A DNA stretch of 64,000 bases from Candidatus Dormiibacterota bacterium (GTDB taxonomy: Bacteria; Chloroflexota; Dormibacteria; Aeolococcales; Aeolococcaceae), in NCBI GenBank assembly GCA_963709585.1, contig CAVPXI010000013.1, positions 1 to 64,000 of the forward strand. Reading direction: 5' to 3'. How positions within the stretch are numbered: the first letter of the stretch is position 1; every line of letters begins with the position of its first letter. The notes beneath the pieces were generated by a model. The model did no database searches. It was not told where the DNA came from and saw nothing but the letters and a program-made list of their open reading frames with translations. Shown one piece after another: positions 9,356 through 19,273 of this stretch. Position numbers and translations under genes: made by a program.

Positions 9356-11577
9356 ATGAGAAAGTGTTCGTCGCGCGTCGAGAATCGGCGCATCGACTCG
9401 GCGCCCGCCCCGCGCTGTGACCTCACCGCCGAGAACGCTGTCCATCCGGACCGAACCGTATCGGCCAGCCGGCTGGCGGCGCACGCGGTTGCTCTGCACG
9501 AGGGAGTGCGCCTCTACCAGACGATGTTCGAACGCAGCGCACTTGGACAGCTCATCGTCGACTTCCCGAGCTTTCGCATCGATGTCGTCAACAAGGCCTT
9601 CTGCTCCATGATCGGCTTCAGTGTCGACGAACTGGTCGGCAGTGATATTTCGCTCGTCTTTCCCAGCGGCAAGAGCCCCGCCGGCGACGTATTCGAGCGC
9701 CTGGCGGACGGTCAGGCCGACGGATACGCCGTGCAACGATTCCTGCAGCTCGCGATGGGACCATCCTCACAGCCTTGGTAACGGTCTCCGTGGCTCGCGA
9801 CGAACGCGGCAACCCCATCCAGCTCCTGGTTCATCTCCAGGACCAGAGTCAGCAGCGCGCGACTGAAACCGCGCAACTCCGCAGTCAGGCGCTGATCGAC
9901 GGCGCTATTGCGACCTTGCCCATGAGCTTCACGGCCTTCGATACCCACCTCCGCTTCACATACGCAGTTGGCGGTATGGAACGCGTCGGCAAGCGCGCCG
10001 AGGACTTCCTCGGCCGGCATGTGACCGAATTCACCAAACACCGGCCCACACTCCGGAGCCTCCACCGCGCCCTCGCCGGCGTCGAATCGACTACGCGAAC
10101 CATCGTCAACGGCCAGAACTACCTCAGCTTGATCGGACCCGTGCGTGACGATCGCAACGCGGTGGTGGGCGTCATTTCGGTGTCCACCAACATCACCGCC
10201 GAGGTCGCCGCGGAGACGTTGCGCCGGCAGGCCGAGGAGCTTCGTCTCTATGTCGCCCAACACGACGCGCTGACCGGCCTTCCCGGCCGATCTGCGCTGA
10301 TAGAACACCTCAACACCCTGGCCTCCTCCGCGAACGGTCCCGGCGCGCTGTTGCTCCTCGATCTTGACGACTTCACGCTCATCAACGAGGGCTTTGGCTA
10401 CGAGATCGGCGACGAGGTGCTGCTCGAGATCGCGAGCCGACTCTTTGATGCCTTCCCTGGCCTGATGGTCGCCCGAAACGGTGGCGATGAGTTCGCGCTC
10501 GTGGTTGCGTCCGATACCGATCAGGCGGCCGCCATGGCCGCAGCGGAGCTCGTGCGCGCGTCATTCGATGCCGAGCTGACGGTGCGCGGGCATGAACTCC
10601 GTGTGACCGCCGGCGTGGGGATTGCGATCAAGCAGGTGGGTGAGTCGTCATCCACGCTGATCGGCAACGCCAGCTCGGCGCTGTCCCAGGCCAAAGATGC
10701 AGGCGCCGGTCAATACCGACTCTACGGCGCCGAGATGCGCCGCCAGGTGGAGAGCCGCCTTGCGATCCAGCATGGGTTGCGGACCGCGCTCCAGGAAAAG
10801 GCACTACGCATTGCATACCAACCGAGCGTCAATCTCATTGATCGCCACGTCCTCGGTTCGGAAGCACTGCTCAGATGGACCCACCCCAAGCGCGGCTACA
10901 TCTCCCCGTCGGAGTTCATTCCGATTGCCGAGCAGAGTGGGCTCATCGTTCCGATAGGCGCCTGGGTCATGGACCAGGCGTGCCGTGACACTCGTCACCT
11001 GCAGCGCACCCACAAGATGGAGATCGCCGTCAACGTGTCCATCCGTCAATTGGCGGGCGGCGGATTCGCTGAGTGGCTGGAAGAACTGCTCGCGCATACC
11101 GGGCTGGCGCCGAACACGCTCACCGTGGAGGTGACAGAAAGCGTGCTGATGGATGAGATCGCTCCCATTCGCAGGGCGTTCGATCTCGTTCGTGCAATCG
11201 GTGTGAAGGTTGCCATCGATGACTTCGGCACCGGATACTCGTCCCTGGCACGGCTGCAGAACCTGCCCGTCGACGTGATCAAGCTCGACCGGGCGTTCGT
11301 CGCTGACCTTGATGTCCGATGCGAAGCGCGCGCCATGGCCACCGCCATATTGCACTTGAGCGCTGCGGTCGGTGCGGACATGATCGCCGAGGGTGTTGAG
11401 ACGGAAGCTGAAGCCTCCACGTTGATCGACCTTGGATACTCGGTCGCCCAAGGGTATCTCTTCGCGAAGCCGATGCCGATCGAAGACTTGACCCTTCTGC
11501 TTGGCACGGGCTTGGGACGTGGGGAGTGTCTGGCGCCAAACGATCCCGTCCCACGACTCAACCGTATGCGGCAATAG
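9356..11577 (+). CDS. PAS-PAS-GGDEF-EAL diguanylate cyclase/phosphodiesterase (frameshift ~9750)
   Basis: PAS VNKAFCSMIGFS; HDALTGLP, GGDEF, EALLRW, DDFGTGYSS, IKLDR. Confidence 0.9.
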
Positions 11578-11913
11578 AAACTGTAGGCGCTTTGCAAGCG
11601 CTGGGGCGTCATGATCCGATGCAATGAGCAGCGGAATACCTCCGTGACCATCGGGAATGATGCCTTTTGAAAGGTCCTTATTCCCGGTTGGAATACTCGA
11701 CCACGCAACGCCCAGCCGCACCACACACACCGCGAAACCGCTAGTTTCTTACTCGCATCCGCGTTCGTCGGGGAGAGGACTCGAACCTGCGACCCCTGAT
11801 CCCCCAGACCAGTACTTATTTCAGTTCAAGGGCTGAGTACGAGTTAGAGTGTTTTCGTGGGGAATTGGTTGGAATGACGACTAGTTCAGGTGCGATGGAA
11901 TCCATTGCAATTC
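11578..11913 (-). repeat. att-like repeat copy 1: left arm, 3' half of tRNA-Pro(GGG) (11768-11812; 2-nt deletion and 1 substitution), conserved right flank
   Basis: Reverse complement reads CTGGT-CTGGGGG-ATCAG...GGTTCGAGTCC...CCCCGA; flank ends GGAATTGGTTGGAATGACGACTAG as in the other copies; left arm aligns with 15027-15219. Confidence 0.9.
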
Positions 11914-11956
11914 CGGGCTCTGCGCCCGCCACTTGGCACGGACGGCAGGCGTAAAT

Positions 11957-12334
11957 TCACGCCTCCGCGATGACGCTGATCGACACCCGCATACCCGGCA
12001 CATCAACGGGCAGCTTCGCGCCTTGTCGAGCTGGTGGGTCGATGGGGAACCACGACTGCCACTCCTCGTTCATTCCAGCGAAGTCCTCGGGGTCCCGAAG
12101 GATGAAGGTCGCGCTGACCACCCTTTCGAGCGAGCTGTCTGCCGCAGAGAGTATCGCGGAGAGGTTTCCGAGACATTGGCGCGTCTGCTCTTGGATGGTA
12201 GTCCCGACCAGCTGTCCGGTCGCCGGGTCGAAGGCCGCCTGGCCGGACACAAACAGCAGTCCGGCGGCCTTCACTGCCTGGCTATAGAAGGCGGATTTCG
12301 GGGCCGCATCGGTCTTGACGGAATCTCTGGACAT
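11957..12334 (-). CDS. RidA/YjgF/UK114 family protein
   Basis: YSQAVKAAGLLFVSGQ...FAGMNEEW...PPAR. Confidence 0.9.
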   Translation of the reverse strand: MSRDSVKTDAAPKSAFYSQAVKAAGLLFVSGQAAFDPATGQLVGTTIQEQTRQCLGNLSAILSAADSSLERVVSATFILRDPEDFAGMNEEWQSWFPIDPPARQGAKLPVDVPGMRVSISVIAEA

Positions 12335-12456
12335 CTCGTCTCCTTCACGGACTTGCTGATGATCAAGGCGAAACCGGGGTGGAAGCGTTTTTTTCGAGAC
12401 CGAGATCGCCTCGAGCGTCGCGCGTATAGAAATGCAACTCGTCAGCAGACTGCACG

Positions 12457-13650
12457 TCAGCCTCCGACCACGGACTCGATCTGCTCTGCGGAGTACACGT
12501 CGTCGACCGGGATCATGCCGCCGAGCGCCCCGATAATCCGCGTCACTGCCTCGGGTCGTTGCGACGCAGCCTCGTAATAGCGTCGCAGGTGAGCTGGTAG
12601 GGGCTTGAGAGCCGCCGCGCTCAGGGTCAGGCGGAATCCACTCGCTGTCGCGTCATCGCGGCGCCGCTGGTAGTTGATGAGTGCCTCCGTCCACGGGCGA
12701 GTCCCGACGAGTGCCGAGTCGGCGGCCGCGGCCAGCATCTCCGCGGACGCGAACGCGTCCGACATGCCTAACCCGGTCGTCGGGTCCTTGTAGTGACCCG
12801 CATCGCCGGCAAGCGCCCAACCGTTGCCGTAGGACTTGCGGTAGAAGTTGGCAAGATCGCTCGCGCCTCGGAATCGCTCCTCGCGGCGTCCGGATGCGAT
12901 CTCATCGTGCAGACCGGGGATCGCCTCGAGCGACTTCATGAAATTCCCCTCGATGTCGCGCCGGAACTCGGCGAACTCTGCCTGGCGTCCGCCCACGTAG
13001 ACGCAGGTCAGGTCACCATTGGTCGGCCAGCGCAGAATCAGCCGGCCGGGGCGCATGTGATAGGTCGGCGATCGGGTAGGAACGCCGCTCCAATACGAGT
13101 AGTACACAAAGGTCAGCGGCGGCTCCAGCACGTACGGCTCAGCGCCGGCCTCCGCGGCGATCACCGAATGGCGTCCATCCGCGCCCACAACGAGGCGAGC
13201 ATCGATACGCCTGGCAGCACTGGACGATGGTTTGATATCGACACCGCAGGCGTGCCCATCAGACCACCTCAGCGATCGCACAGACGTGCGGTCGAAGAGT
13301 TCTACCCCCACCTCGAGAGCCGCACCAACCAGCATGCTGTCGAGTACGGTCCGCCGAGGGCAGAAAGCTGCGCTCACTTCTCGAACCGACGGTACCTGGC
13401 CAGTGAGCGAAACTGAGCCGAAGTCAAACGTCAGCGACGGGATCGGTTGGCAGCCACGTGATTGGAGGCGGTCGAGCAGCCCCCAGGACTCCAGCAGCGC
13501 GGCACCGTGCGGCCACAAAAAGTGGCTCGAGATGGTGTCGCTCGGGAACTCGGCTCTGTCGACCAGCGCGACGCGGTGACCGCGCCGCGCCAGGAGCATC
13601 GCGAGTGACGCTCCGGCGCAGCGCGCTCCCACGACGACGACGTCGTACAT
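12457..13650 (-). CDS. FAD-dependent oxidoreductase (geranylgeranyl reductase/monooxygenase-like)
   Basis: YDVVVVGARCAGAS, VVGADGRHS, LAGDAGHYKDPTTGLG. Confidence 0.9.
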   Translation of the reverse strand: MYDVVVVGARCAGASLAMLLARRGHRVALVDRAEFPSDTISSHFLWPHGAALLESWGLLDRLQSRGCQPIPSLTFDFGSVSLTGQVPSVREVSAAFCPRRTVLDSMLVGAALEVGVELFDRTSVRSLRWSDGHACGVDIKPSSSAARRIDARLVVGADGRHSVIAAEAGAEPYVLEPPLTFVYYSYWSGVPTRSPTYHMRPGRLILRWPTNGDLTCVYVGGRQAEFAEFRRDIEGNFMKSLEAIPGLHDEIASGRREERFRGASDLANFYRKSYGNGWALAGDAGHYKDPTTGLGMSDAFASAEMLAAAADSALVGTRPWTEALINYQRRRDDATASGFRLTLSAAALKPLPAHLRRYYEAASQRPEAVTRIIGALGGMIPVDDVYSAEQIESVVGG

Positions 13651-13675
13651 CGTCGGTCAGCCCAGGGCGGAGGGG

Positions 13676-13903
13676 TTAGCCGACGGGTTGACCAGCCGCG
13701 AGCGCCTTGACGTCGGCCGTCGTGAGGGGATTGCCGGCGATTCCCCAGTCCCCACTTTTGACCTCCTCAACGATGACCCACGTCACCGGACGCAACGCCT
13801 CGCCCTCGATCTCCACCATCGTATCCGTGAGCCTGCGGACGATGTCGCGCTTCTGGCTCTCATTGAACACTCCCTCGATCAGCTTGACGTTCACCAAGGG
13901 CAT
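13676..13903 (-). CDS. 4-oxalocrotonate tautomerase family protein
   Basis: N-terminal Pro (MPLVNVKL), VIVEEVKSGDWGIAG; AAGGAGGT RBS. Confidence 0.92.
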   Translation of the reverse strand: MPLVNVKLIEGVFNESQKRDIVRRLTDTMVEIEGEALRPVTWVIVEEVKSGDWGIAGNPLTTADVKALAAGQPVG

Positions 13904-13920
13904 CGTGGCCACCTCCTTGA

Positions 13921-13980
13921 ATAGCACGACCGATCGGTCGTTTGTTGTGGTGAGGACCATAACACGACCGTTCGTGCTAT
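13921..13980. promoter_or_regulatory. Paired palindromic operators between tautomerase and TetR genes
   Basis: Perfect palindrome ACGACCGATCGGTCGT at 13926-13941; imperfect ATAACACGACCGTTCGTGCTAT at 13959-13980. Confidence 0.7.
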
Positions 13981-13991
13981 ACAAGTCCCTG

Positions 13992-14648
13992 ATGCCATTA
14001 CAGACCACCCGCGGCCTCGCCACCAGGCAAGGAATCCTGGAGGCTGCGACGGCCATCGCGAGCGTGGAGGGTCTCGAGGGCCTGACGCTTGGTCGACTCG
14101 CCGCCGACCTCTCGATGAGCAAGAGCGGCCTCTTCGCCCACTTCGGCTCCAAGGAGGACCTGCAGCTGGCGACGATCGAACATGCCCGGCAGATCTATGT
14201 TGACCAGGTGATCCTTCCGGGCCTGGCCCACGCGCCCGGTATCGCGACGCTCTACCAACTCTGTGATCGGTACCTCGCCCTCATGGAGCGGCGAGCCTTC
14301 CCCGGTGGGTGCTTCTTTGCCGCGGCGATGGCGGAGTTCGACGCGCGGCCAGGTGTCGTACGCGACACGATCGCGATGTTGCAACGCCAGTGGCTGGACC
14401 TGCTCGAACGGGCAGCCCGGGACGGAGTGCGCCTCGGCGAGCTGAATCGCGGCGTCGATTCGGTCCAGCTCGGCTTCGAACTTGAGGCCGCGATGCTCTC
14501 CGCCAACTGGTACTTCCACCTCTACAGTGATGCCCGGTTCTTCGTGCTATCCCGGGCCGCCGTACAACGCACGCTGAGAGCGGCGGCTACGTCGAAGGGT
14601 CGACGCATGCTGGAGGGTACGGAAGAGGTGGTTACGCAGGGGCGCTGA
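13992..14648 (+). CDS. TetR/AcrR family regulator
   Basis: LTLGRLAADLSMSKSGLFAHFGSKEDL HTH; FPGGCFF. Confidence 0.92.
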   Translation: MPLQTTRGLATRQGILEAATAIASVEGLEGLTLGRLAADLSMSKSGLFAHFGSKEDLQLATIEHARQIYVDQVILPGLAHAPGIATLYQLCDRYLALMERRAFPGGCFFAAAMAEFDARPGVVRDTIAMLQRQWLDLLERAARDGVRLGELNRGVDSVQLGFELEAAMLSANWYFHLYSDARFFVLSRAAVQRTLRAAATSKGRRMLEGTEEVVTQGR

Positions 14649-14715
14649 GAGGGCGTTGCTGCGGGTTAGGCGCCCGGTTCAGGGGCGGACCGAACGTAGG
14701 CGGAGCCGGTCGCGC

Positions 14716-14955
14716 TCAGTCGTGGGTGTTCTGCGTCGCGCGGATTGCTCGCGAGAAGCGGTAGGCGCCGTAGAACGCCCAGACGGCTCCTAGTATCAGG
14801 GGCACGAAGCGCACCCAGCCACCAACGCCGAAGGCAATCAGGCAGATGGCGAGGGCGACCAGGACAATGCCGTCAACGATGCCAATGACAGCGATTGCCC
14901 GCGGGTGCCGGCGCTTCCATGGACCCAGCATCTTCACCAACTGTGTGTCGTTCAT
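14716..14955 (-). CDS. Small two-TM membrane protein
   Basis: GGAGGAG RBS, ATG at 14955, two hydrophobic stretches. Confidence 0.65.
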   Translation of the reverse strand: MNDTQLVKMLGPWKRRHPRAIAVIGIVDGIVLVALAICLIAFGVGGWVRFVPLILGAVWAFYGAYRFSRAIRATQNTHD

Positions 14956-15026
14956 AGCTCCTCCATTCTGAGCGCGTTGTGCGACGGCTAAGCGGGCTCG
15001 CTGTCGCCGTCTGTGGCGACGCCGCA

Positions 15027-15338
15027 AAACTGTAAGCGCCATGTATGCGCTGGACTGCCACAATCTCTTGCTATGAGCAGCGGCATCCGGCCTCAACCAT
15101 GGGATTGATGCCTTTTGCAGGAAAAGTACTCATTCCCGGTTAGAGCATTACACCCCGTCCGCCGACAGGCGCCCAACGCACCGCACAACCGCTCGTCGCG
15201 AACTCAAGTCGGGCGTCCGTCGGGGAGACAGGACTCGAACCTGCGACCCCTGGTCCCCCAGACCAGCACTTATTTCCCGATGCGGGCTGAGTTCGACTTT
15301 GAGTGCTTTCGTCGGGAAAGGGTTGGAATGACGACTAG
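15027..15338 (-). repeat. att-like repeat copy 2: left arm, intact 3' half of tRNA-Pro(GGG) (15220-15266), conserved flank
   Basis: Reverse complement CTGGT-CTGGGGG-ACCAG-GGGTC-GCAGG-TTCGAGT-CCTGT-CTCCCCG-A; D-arm and 5' acceptor strand absent. Confidence 0.92.
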
Positions 15339-15487
15339 AACCCGTAACTTCAACCTTGGGAAGGTGCCGGTACGTTGCTGAATTCAGGCGTACCCGACAA
15401 CGGACATTTGCTGGTCCCTGTTACCCTTTGGAGCCCTTACGCTGGTTCACTCATATCGACCTGAGGGACGTCCCTGTTGATGCGACA

Positions 15488-15558
15488 GGGCCTAACGTCA
15501 TCTCTTGGTAGTGAGTAAGTACCCCACTCAGCGCTGGTGTGCTGGTGACACTCGGCAC
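15488..15558. promoter_or_regulatory. DevR/DosR-box-like sites upstream of flavodoxin gene
   Basis: GGGCCTAACGTCAT (15488) and GTGACACTCGGCAC (15545) versus the DevR core GGGACTWWAGTCCC. Confidence 0.55.
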
Positions 15559-15607
15559 TTGGCTCGCGATACGCGCCCGGCACAAGATTGGCGCGGAGGT
15601 AAGAACC

Positions 15608-16154
15608 ATGACGACACTCGTCGGGTACGCAAGCCGATACGACGCGAACTCGGGGAATCGCTGAGAGAATTGCCGACACGCTGGCGTCGCTTGGACACCC
15701 AGCGCAGGCGCGACCACTCCAGGCGGTCGGCGATCTCGCCAGATACGACGCCTATGTTATTGGCAGCGCTGCCTATATGGGGTCCTGGCTCAGGGAGGCC
15801 AGGGAGTTCGTGCGGATCAACCAGAAGTTGTTGGCCACGCGCCCCGTATGGCTATTCAGCAGTGGGCCGCTCGGCACTGCAACCACGGATGCGAAAGGGC
15901 GCGACGTGCTGGCAACCTCGGAGCCGAAGGAATTCGCCGAATTTCGCGAGGCCGTGAGCCCGCGTGCGACTCGGGTGTTCTTCGGAGCGCTGAATCCGCG
16001 CAAGCTGAGCTTCTCACATCGAGCGGCCCAACTCATTCCGGCTGCGCGGGTGCTCATGCCGGAAGGCGATTTTCGGAACTGGGCGGACATCGATGCATGG
16101 GCCACTAGCATCGCTTCGGAGTTGACCGAAGTGTTGGAGCCGGCGCTCACTTAG
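15608..16154 (+). CDS. Flavodoxin-domain protein (HemG-like; frameshift at 15646-15651)
   Basis: MTTLVGYASRYDA/TRGIAERIA...YDAYVIGSAAYMGSW...VWLFSSGPLG...GDFRNW; GGAGG RBS. Confidence 0.88.
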
Positions 16155-16274
16155 CAGCTATTCCAGAAGATCACGCTCGGGGTTTGCCGGGCTGGCACCG
16201 CCTCGCATGGATTCATCGACCAGCAAATCGGTCTTTCTGGGTTTCCGGGATCCGGCTGCCGACGCATCTGGTGG

Positions 16275-17702
16275 CTAGCGCACGTCAATCGGCTCAAACC
16301 GCGCAGTGAAGTGGCGCAGCGCGGGCGGTTCATCGACGATCCGATATCCGGGAAGGTCGGCGGCGCGCGATGCCACATCCTCGCACGCTGCAACGACGTA
16401 GTCGATGTGGCTCTGTGTGTAGGTCCGCCGCGGGATCGCCAGCCGAACGAGGTCCATATCCGCAGCCCGCTCCGAACCGTCGGGTTGCCGCCCGAACATC
16501 ACCGTGCCTATCTCGCAACTGCGGATCCCACCCGTCTCATACAGAGCGACTGCCAGCGCCTGACCCGGATAGTGCAAAGGATCGATGTGCCGTAGCAGCG
16601 CCCGTGCGTCGATGTAGATCGCGTGACCGCCTGGAGGCTGAATGATCGGGATGTCAAAGTGAGTCAGTGCCTCACCGAGATACGCGGTCGAGCGGATCCG
16701 GTAGCGCAGGTAGTCGTGCTGCACCACCTCGTGCAGGCCCTGGGCGATTGCCTCGAGGTCACGACCGGCCAGACCACCATATGTTGGGAACCCCTCCGTG
16801 AGGATGAGCAGGTTGCGACATTGCACAGCGAGCTCATCGTCATTCATCGCAAGCCAGCCGCCGATATTGGCGAGCCCGTCCTTCTTGGCACTCATCGTCA
16901 TGCCATCGACGAGGCTCGCCATTTCGCGGACGATGTCGCGCACCTCACGATCCTGCTGCCCCGGCTCTCGTTCGCGAATGAACCAGGCGTTCTCCGCGAA
17001 CCGGCACGCGTCGAGAAACAACGGAACACCATACTGGTCGCACACCTGACGCACCGCGCGCAGGTTCGCAAGCGAGACCGGTTGCCCGCCTCCCGAATTG
17101 TTCGTGACGGTGACGAATACGACCGGCACCGACCCCTCGCGGGCGGCAAGGAACGCTTCCAGCCGCTCAACGTCCATGTTGCCCTTGAAAGGATGCAACG
17201 CGGAGGGATCGTGCCCTTCACGCGCGGGCAGGTCCACCGCAAGTGCGCCCGTGAACTCGACATTGGCACGTGTGGTGTCAAAGTGGGTGTTGTTCGGTAC
17301 GCTCTTGCCCGGACCGCCGATGGCGGTGAAGAGGATCTTTTCGGCGGCTCTACCCTGGTGCGTTGGGATGATATGCCGGAAGGGGAAGAGGTCCTGGACC
17401 GCATCGAGGAAACGAAACCATGAAGGAGAGCCCGCGTAGCTCTCGTCACCGTGCTGCACGGCCGCCCACTGGTCGCGTGACATCGCGCCGGTGCCTGAGT
17501 TGGTGAGCAGGTCGATAAGGACGTCATCGGAATGCAGGGCGAAAAGGTTGTAACCGGCTGCCGCGATGGCGCCCCGTCGCTCCTCTTCCGTGGTCATTCG
17601 CAGTGGCTCCACGGAGTGGATGCGGAATGGTTCGATGATTGTGTCGAACTCTCGGGGCGGCAGCACGCGCGCAAACTCCCGCTCACGCACGGCACTCACC
17701 AC
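16275..17702 (-). CDS. tnaA: Tryptophanase (beta-eliminating lyase; tyrosine phenol-lyase not excluded)
   Basis: EPFRIHSVEP, GDESYAGS, THQGRAAE, FDTTRAN, MSAKKD (PLP Lys), EGFPTYGG, LRHFTARF. Confidence 0.88.
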   Translation of the reverse strand: MVSAVREREFARVLPPREFDTIIEPFRIHSVEPLRMTTEEERRGAIAAAGYNLFALHSDDVLIDLLTNSGTGAMSRDQWAAVQHGDESYAGSPSWFRFLDAVQDLFPFRHIIPTHQGRAAEKILFTAIGGPGKSVPNNTHFDTTRANVEFTGALAVDLPAREGHDPSALHPFKGNMDVERLEAFLAAREGSVPVVFVTVTNNSGGGQPVSLANLRAVRQVCDQYGVPLFLDACRFAENAWFIREREPGQQDREVRDIVREMASLVDGMTMSAKKDGLANIGGWLAMNDDELAVQCRNLLILTEGFPTYGGLAGRDLEAIAQGLHEVVQHDYLRYRIRSTAYLGEALTHFDIPIIQPPGGHAIYIDARALLRHIDPLHYPGQALAVALYETGGIRSCEIGTVMFGRQPDGSERAADMDLVRLAIPRRTYTQSHIDYVVAACEDVASRAADLPGYRIVDEPPALRHFTARFEPIDVR

Positions 17703-17974
17703 ACTTGAGACCGGCGAAGTTCATCGCGACCCCACACAAGTGTCGGCACGTCGGGCACGAGCTCGAGGAGCCGGAGGGCCTGCCCAGCGTTACTGCTGAG
17801 ATGCACCGGACTGTCGACTGCCTGGTCGACGTCGGGAATCACTCCGTCGTGCCAACGGCGGTAGCGATCCTGTGCTCGCCGTCGCTCCCAGAGCGCCATG
17901 AGCGCCTCATACGCACGTCCATTCCAGTGCACGCAGTGGCCCGCCAGCGCCACACGGGAGCCGGTAGAGATCAA
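17696..17974 (-). pseudogene. Fragment of a conserved actinobacterial-type hypothetical protein
   Basis: NGRAYEAL...WHDGVIPDVDQAVDSP...VPTLVWGRDEL recalled from longer proteins; appears truncated. Confidence 0.45.
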
Positions 17975-18081
17975 TCGACGAGCGGACGCCGGCTGCCGCG
18001 GTCACTTGACCTCGCATCGTCACTTCCATCCCGATCTTCAACCCCGTTCGACTGTTGCGGGTAGCCCTTCGAGCCTGGGTC

Positions 18082-18312
18082 TCAGGGAGCGTCCTGGGCA
18101 AGCGTCAACGGGCAGCGCCCAGGCGCCATCTTCGTCACTGTGAGCGAGATCTCGTGATCCGAAAGGCCCCCCACGCCGATCAGGTGCAACCCGGCGCAGA
18201 TGTATGGCGGTTTGTCGCTCACCGGACAGCGGCCATCGGATGTCGGACCGCTGCACTGTTCCAGCACCTGGTCAGTCGACGGGTCGAGCATCACATACGT
18301 TTGGCGATCCAT
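18082..18312 (-). CDS. Small four-Cys protein (paralog of 36603..36851)
   Basis: DPST...CSGPTSDGRC...C.G...CPL pattern shared with the paralog; DevR-like boxes directly upstream. Confidence 0.7.
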   Translation of the reverse strand: MDRQTYVMLDPSTDQVLEQCSGPTSDGRCPVSDKPPYICAGLHLIGVGGLSDHEISLTVTKMAPGRCPLTLAQDAP

Positions 18313-18347
18313 TTGAGAAGCATGTCGCTCGCTATGAACTGCGGCTA

Positions 18348-18383
18348 GTGCCGAAGGTCTCTCATGCGAGTGCCATTGGTCCC
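18348..18383. promoter_or_regulatory. Tandem DevR-box-like pair
   Basis: GTGCCGAAGGTCTC (18348) and GTGCCATTGGTCCC (18370), 22 bp apart. Confidence 0.65.
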
Positions 18384-18513
18384 AAGACACGCCGGATCGT
18401 GCAAGTTGAGGAATCGGCGCAACGGTCCAGTGCCCACCGGCTTCGTGTTCGTCGACCTAATCAAGCCCGTTTCGGACGAGTGGCCAGGGTGGTGTCGCGA
18501 GCAGGCAACTCTG

Positions 18514-18909
18514 TCACCCGGAGCTCACAACAATGGTGCCGACCATTCCCGTGTGAATCGTGCACGAGTACTGATAGGTACCCGGGATGGTGAATTTCAC
18601 CTCCCAAACTCCCCCACCCGCAAGCACCGGATCGCTGATTGACGTGTCCTGAGGGAAGACGAGGTTGTGTGTCACTGATCCGATGTTCTTCCACTCGATG
18701 ATCTCGTCGACGGTCGCATTCTGCACTGCTGGATCGAACGTGTTCTGATCGGTCGCTGAGATGGTCACTACGGCCGCGCCGAGGTTGCCTCCTGCGATTC
18801 CTACCGCCCGTGAACTCGTGGATACACTCGGGGATATCGCACCGCCACCACACGCTGCCACGCCAAGGGGTAGCGGCGCCAGGCCAGCGAGTAGTCGAGC
18901 GCTCATCAT
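18514..18909 (-). CDS. Plastocyanin/cupredoxin-like copper-binding lipoprotein
   Basis: Lipobox VAAC; THN and YSCTIHTGM type-1 Cu ligands. Confidence 0.85.
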   Translation of the reverse strand: MMSARLLAGLAPLPLGVAACGGGAISPSVSTSSRAVGIAGGNLGAAVVTISATDQNTFDPAVQNATVDEIIEWKNIGSVTHNLVFPQDTSISDPVLAGGGVWEVKFTIPGTYQYSCTIHTGMVGTIVVSSG

Positions 18910-18991
18910 CTTCGATGCGGTCCTGGCTTCTTTAGCAGGGGTCCGCATCATCCGCAACGAACCTGGCCGGCGGGTACGTCTCGGGGGTCGG

Positions 18992-19273
18992 TCACTCTCC
19001 CTCGTCCCCAGGAAAGAAGTCGTCCAGTCCTGCATCGAGATCGGCGCAGCGGTTGCACAACTGGCGCCCATCCGTGCCAGGCACGGCATAACCGTCCTGT
19101 TTGATCCTTTGGCCATGGACGCAGTCACCACGATCGTGATAGACGCCCCGTTCTCTCTGCGGGTATGTAAGGGAATCCGTGTGGAACGGGTGAACCTTCA
19201 GCGTGAGCTTGAAGTCGTTCGGCGCGCTGTCCTCAGGGGGAAGGATTTCGGCGATATTTCTCGGGTTGATCAT
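18992..19273 (-). CDS. Small His/Cys-rich hypothetical protein
   Basis: GGAGG RBS before ATG at 19273; KVHPFHT...VYHDRGDCVHG...GRQLCNRC. Confidence 0.65.
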   Translation of the reverse strand: MINPRNIAEILPPEDSAPNDFKLTLKVHPFHTDSLTYPQRERGVYHDRGDCVHGQRIKQDGYAVPGTDGRQLCNRCADLDAGLDDFFPGDEGE

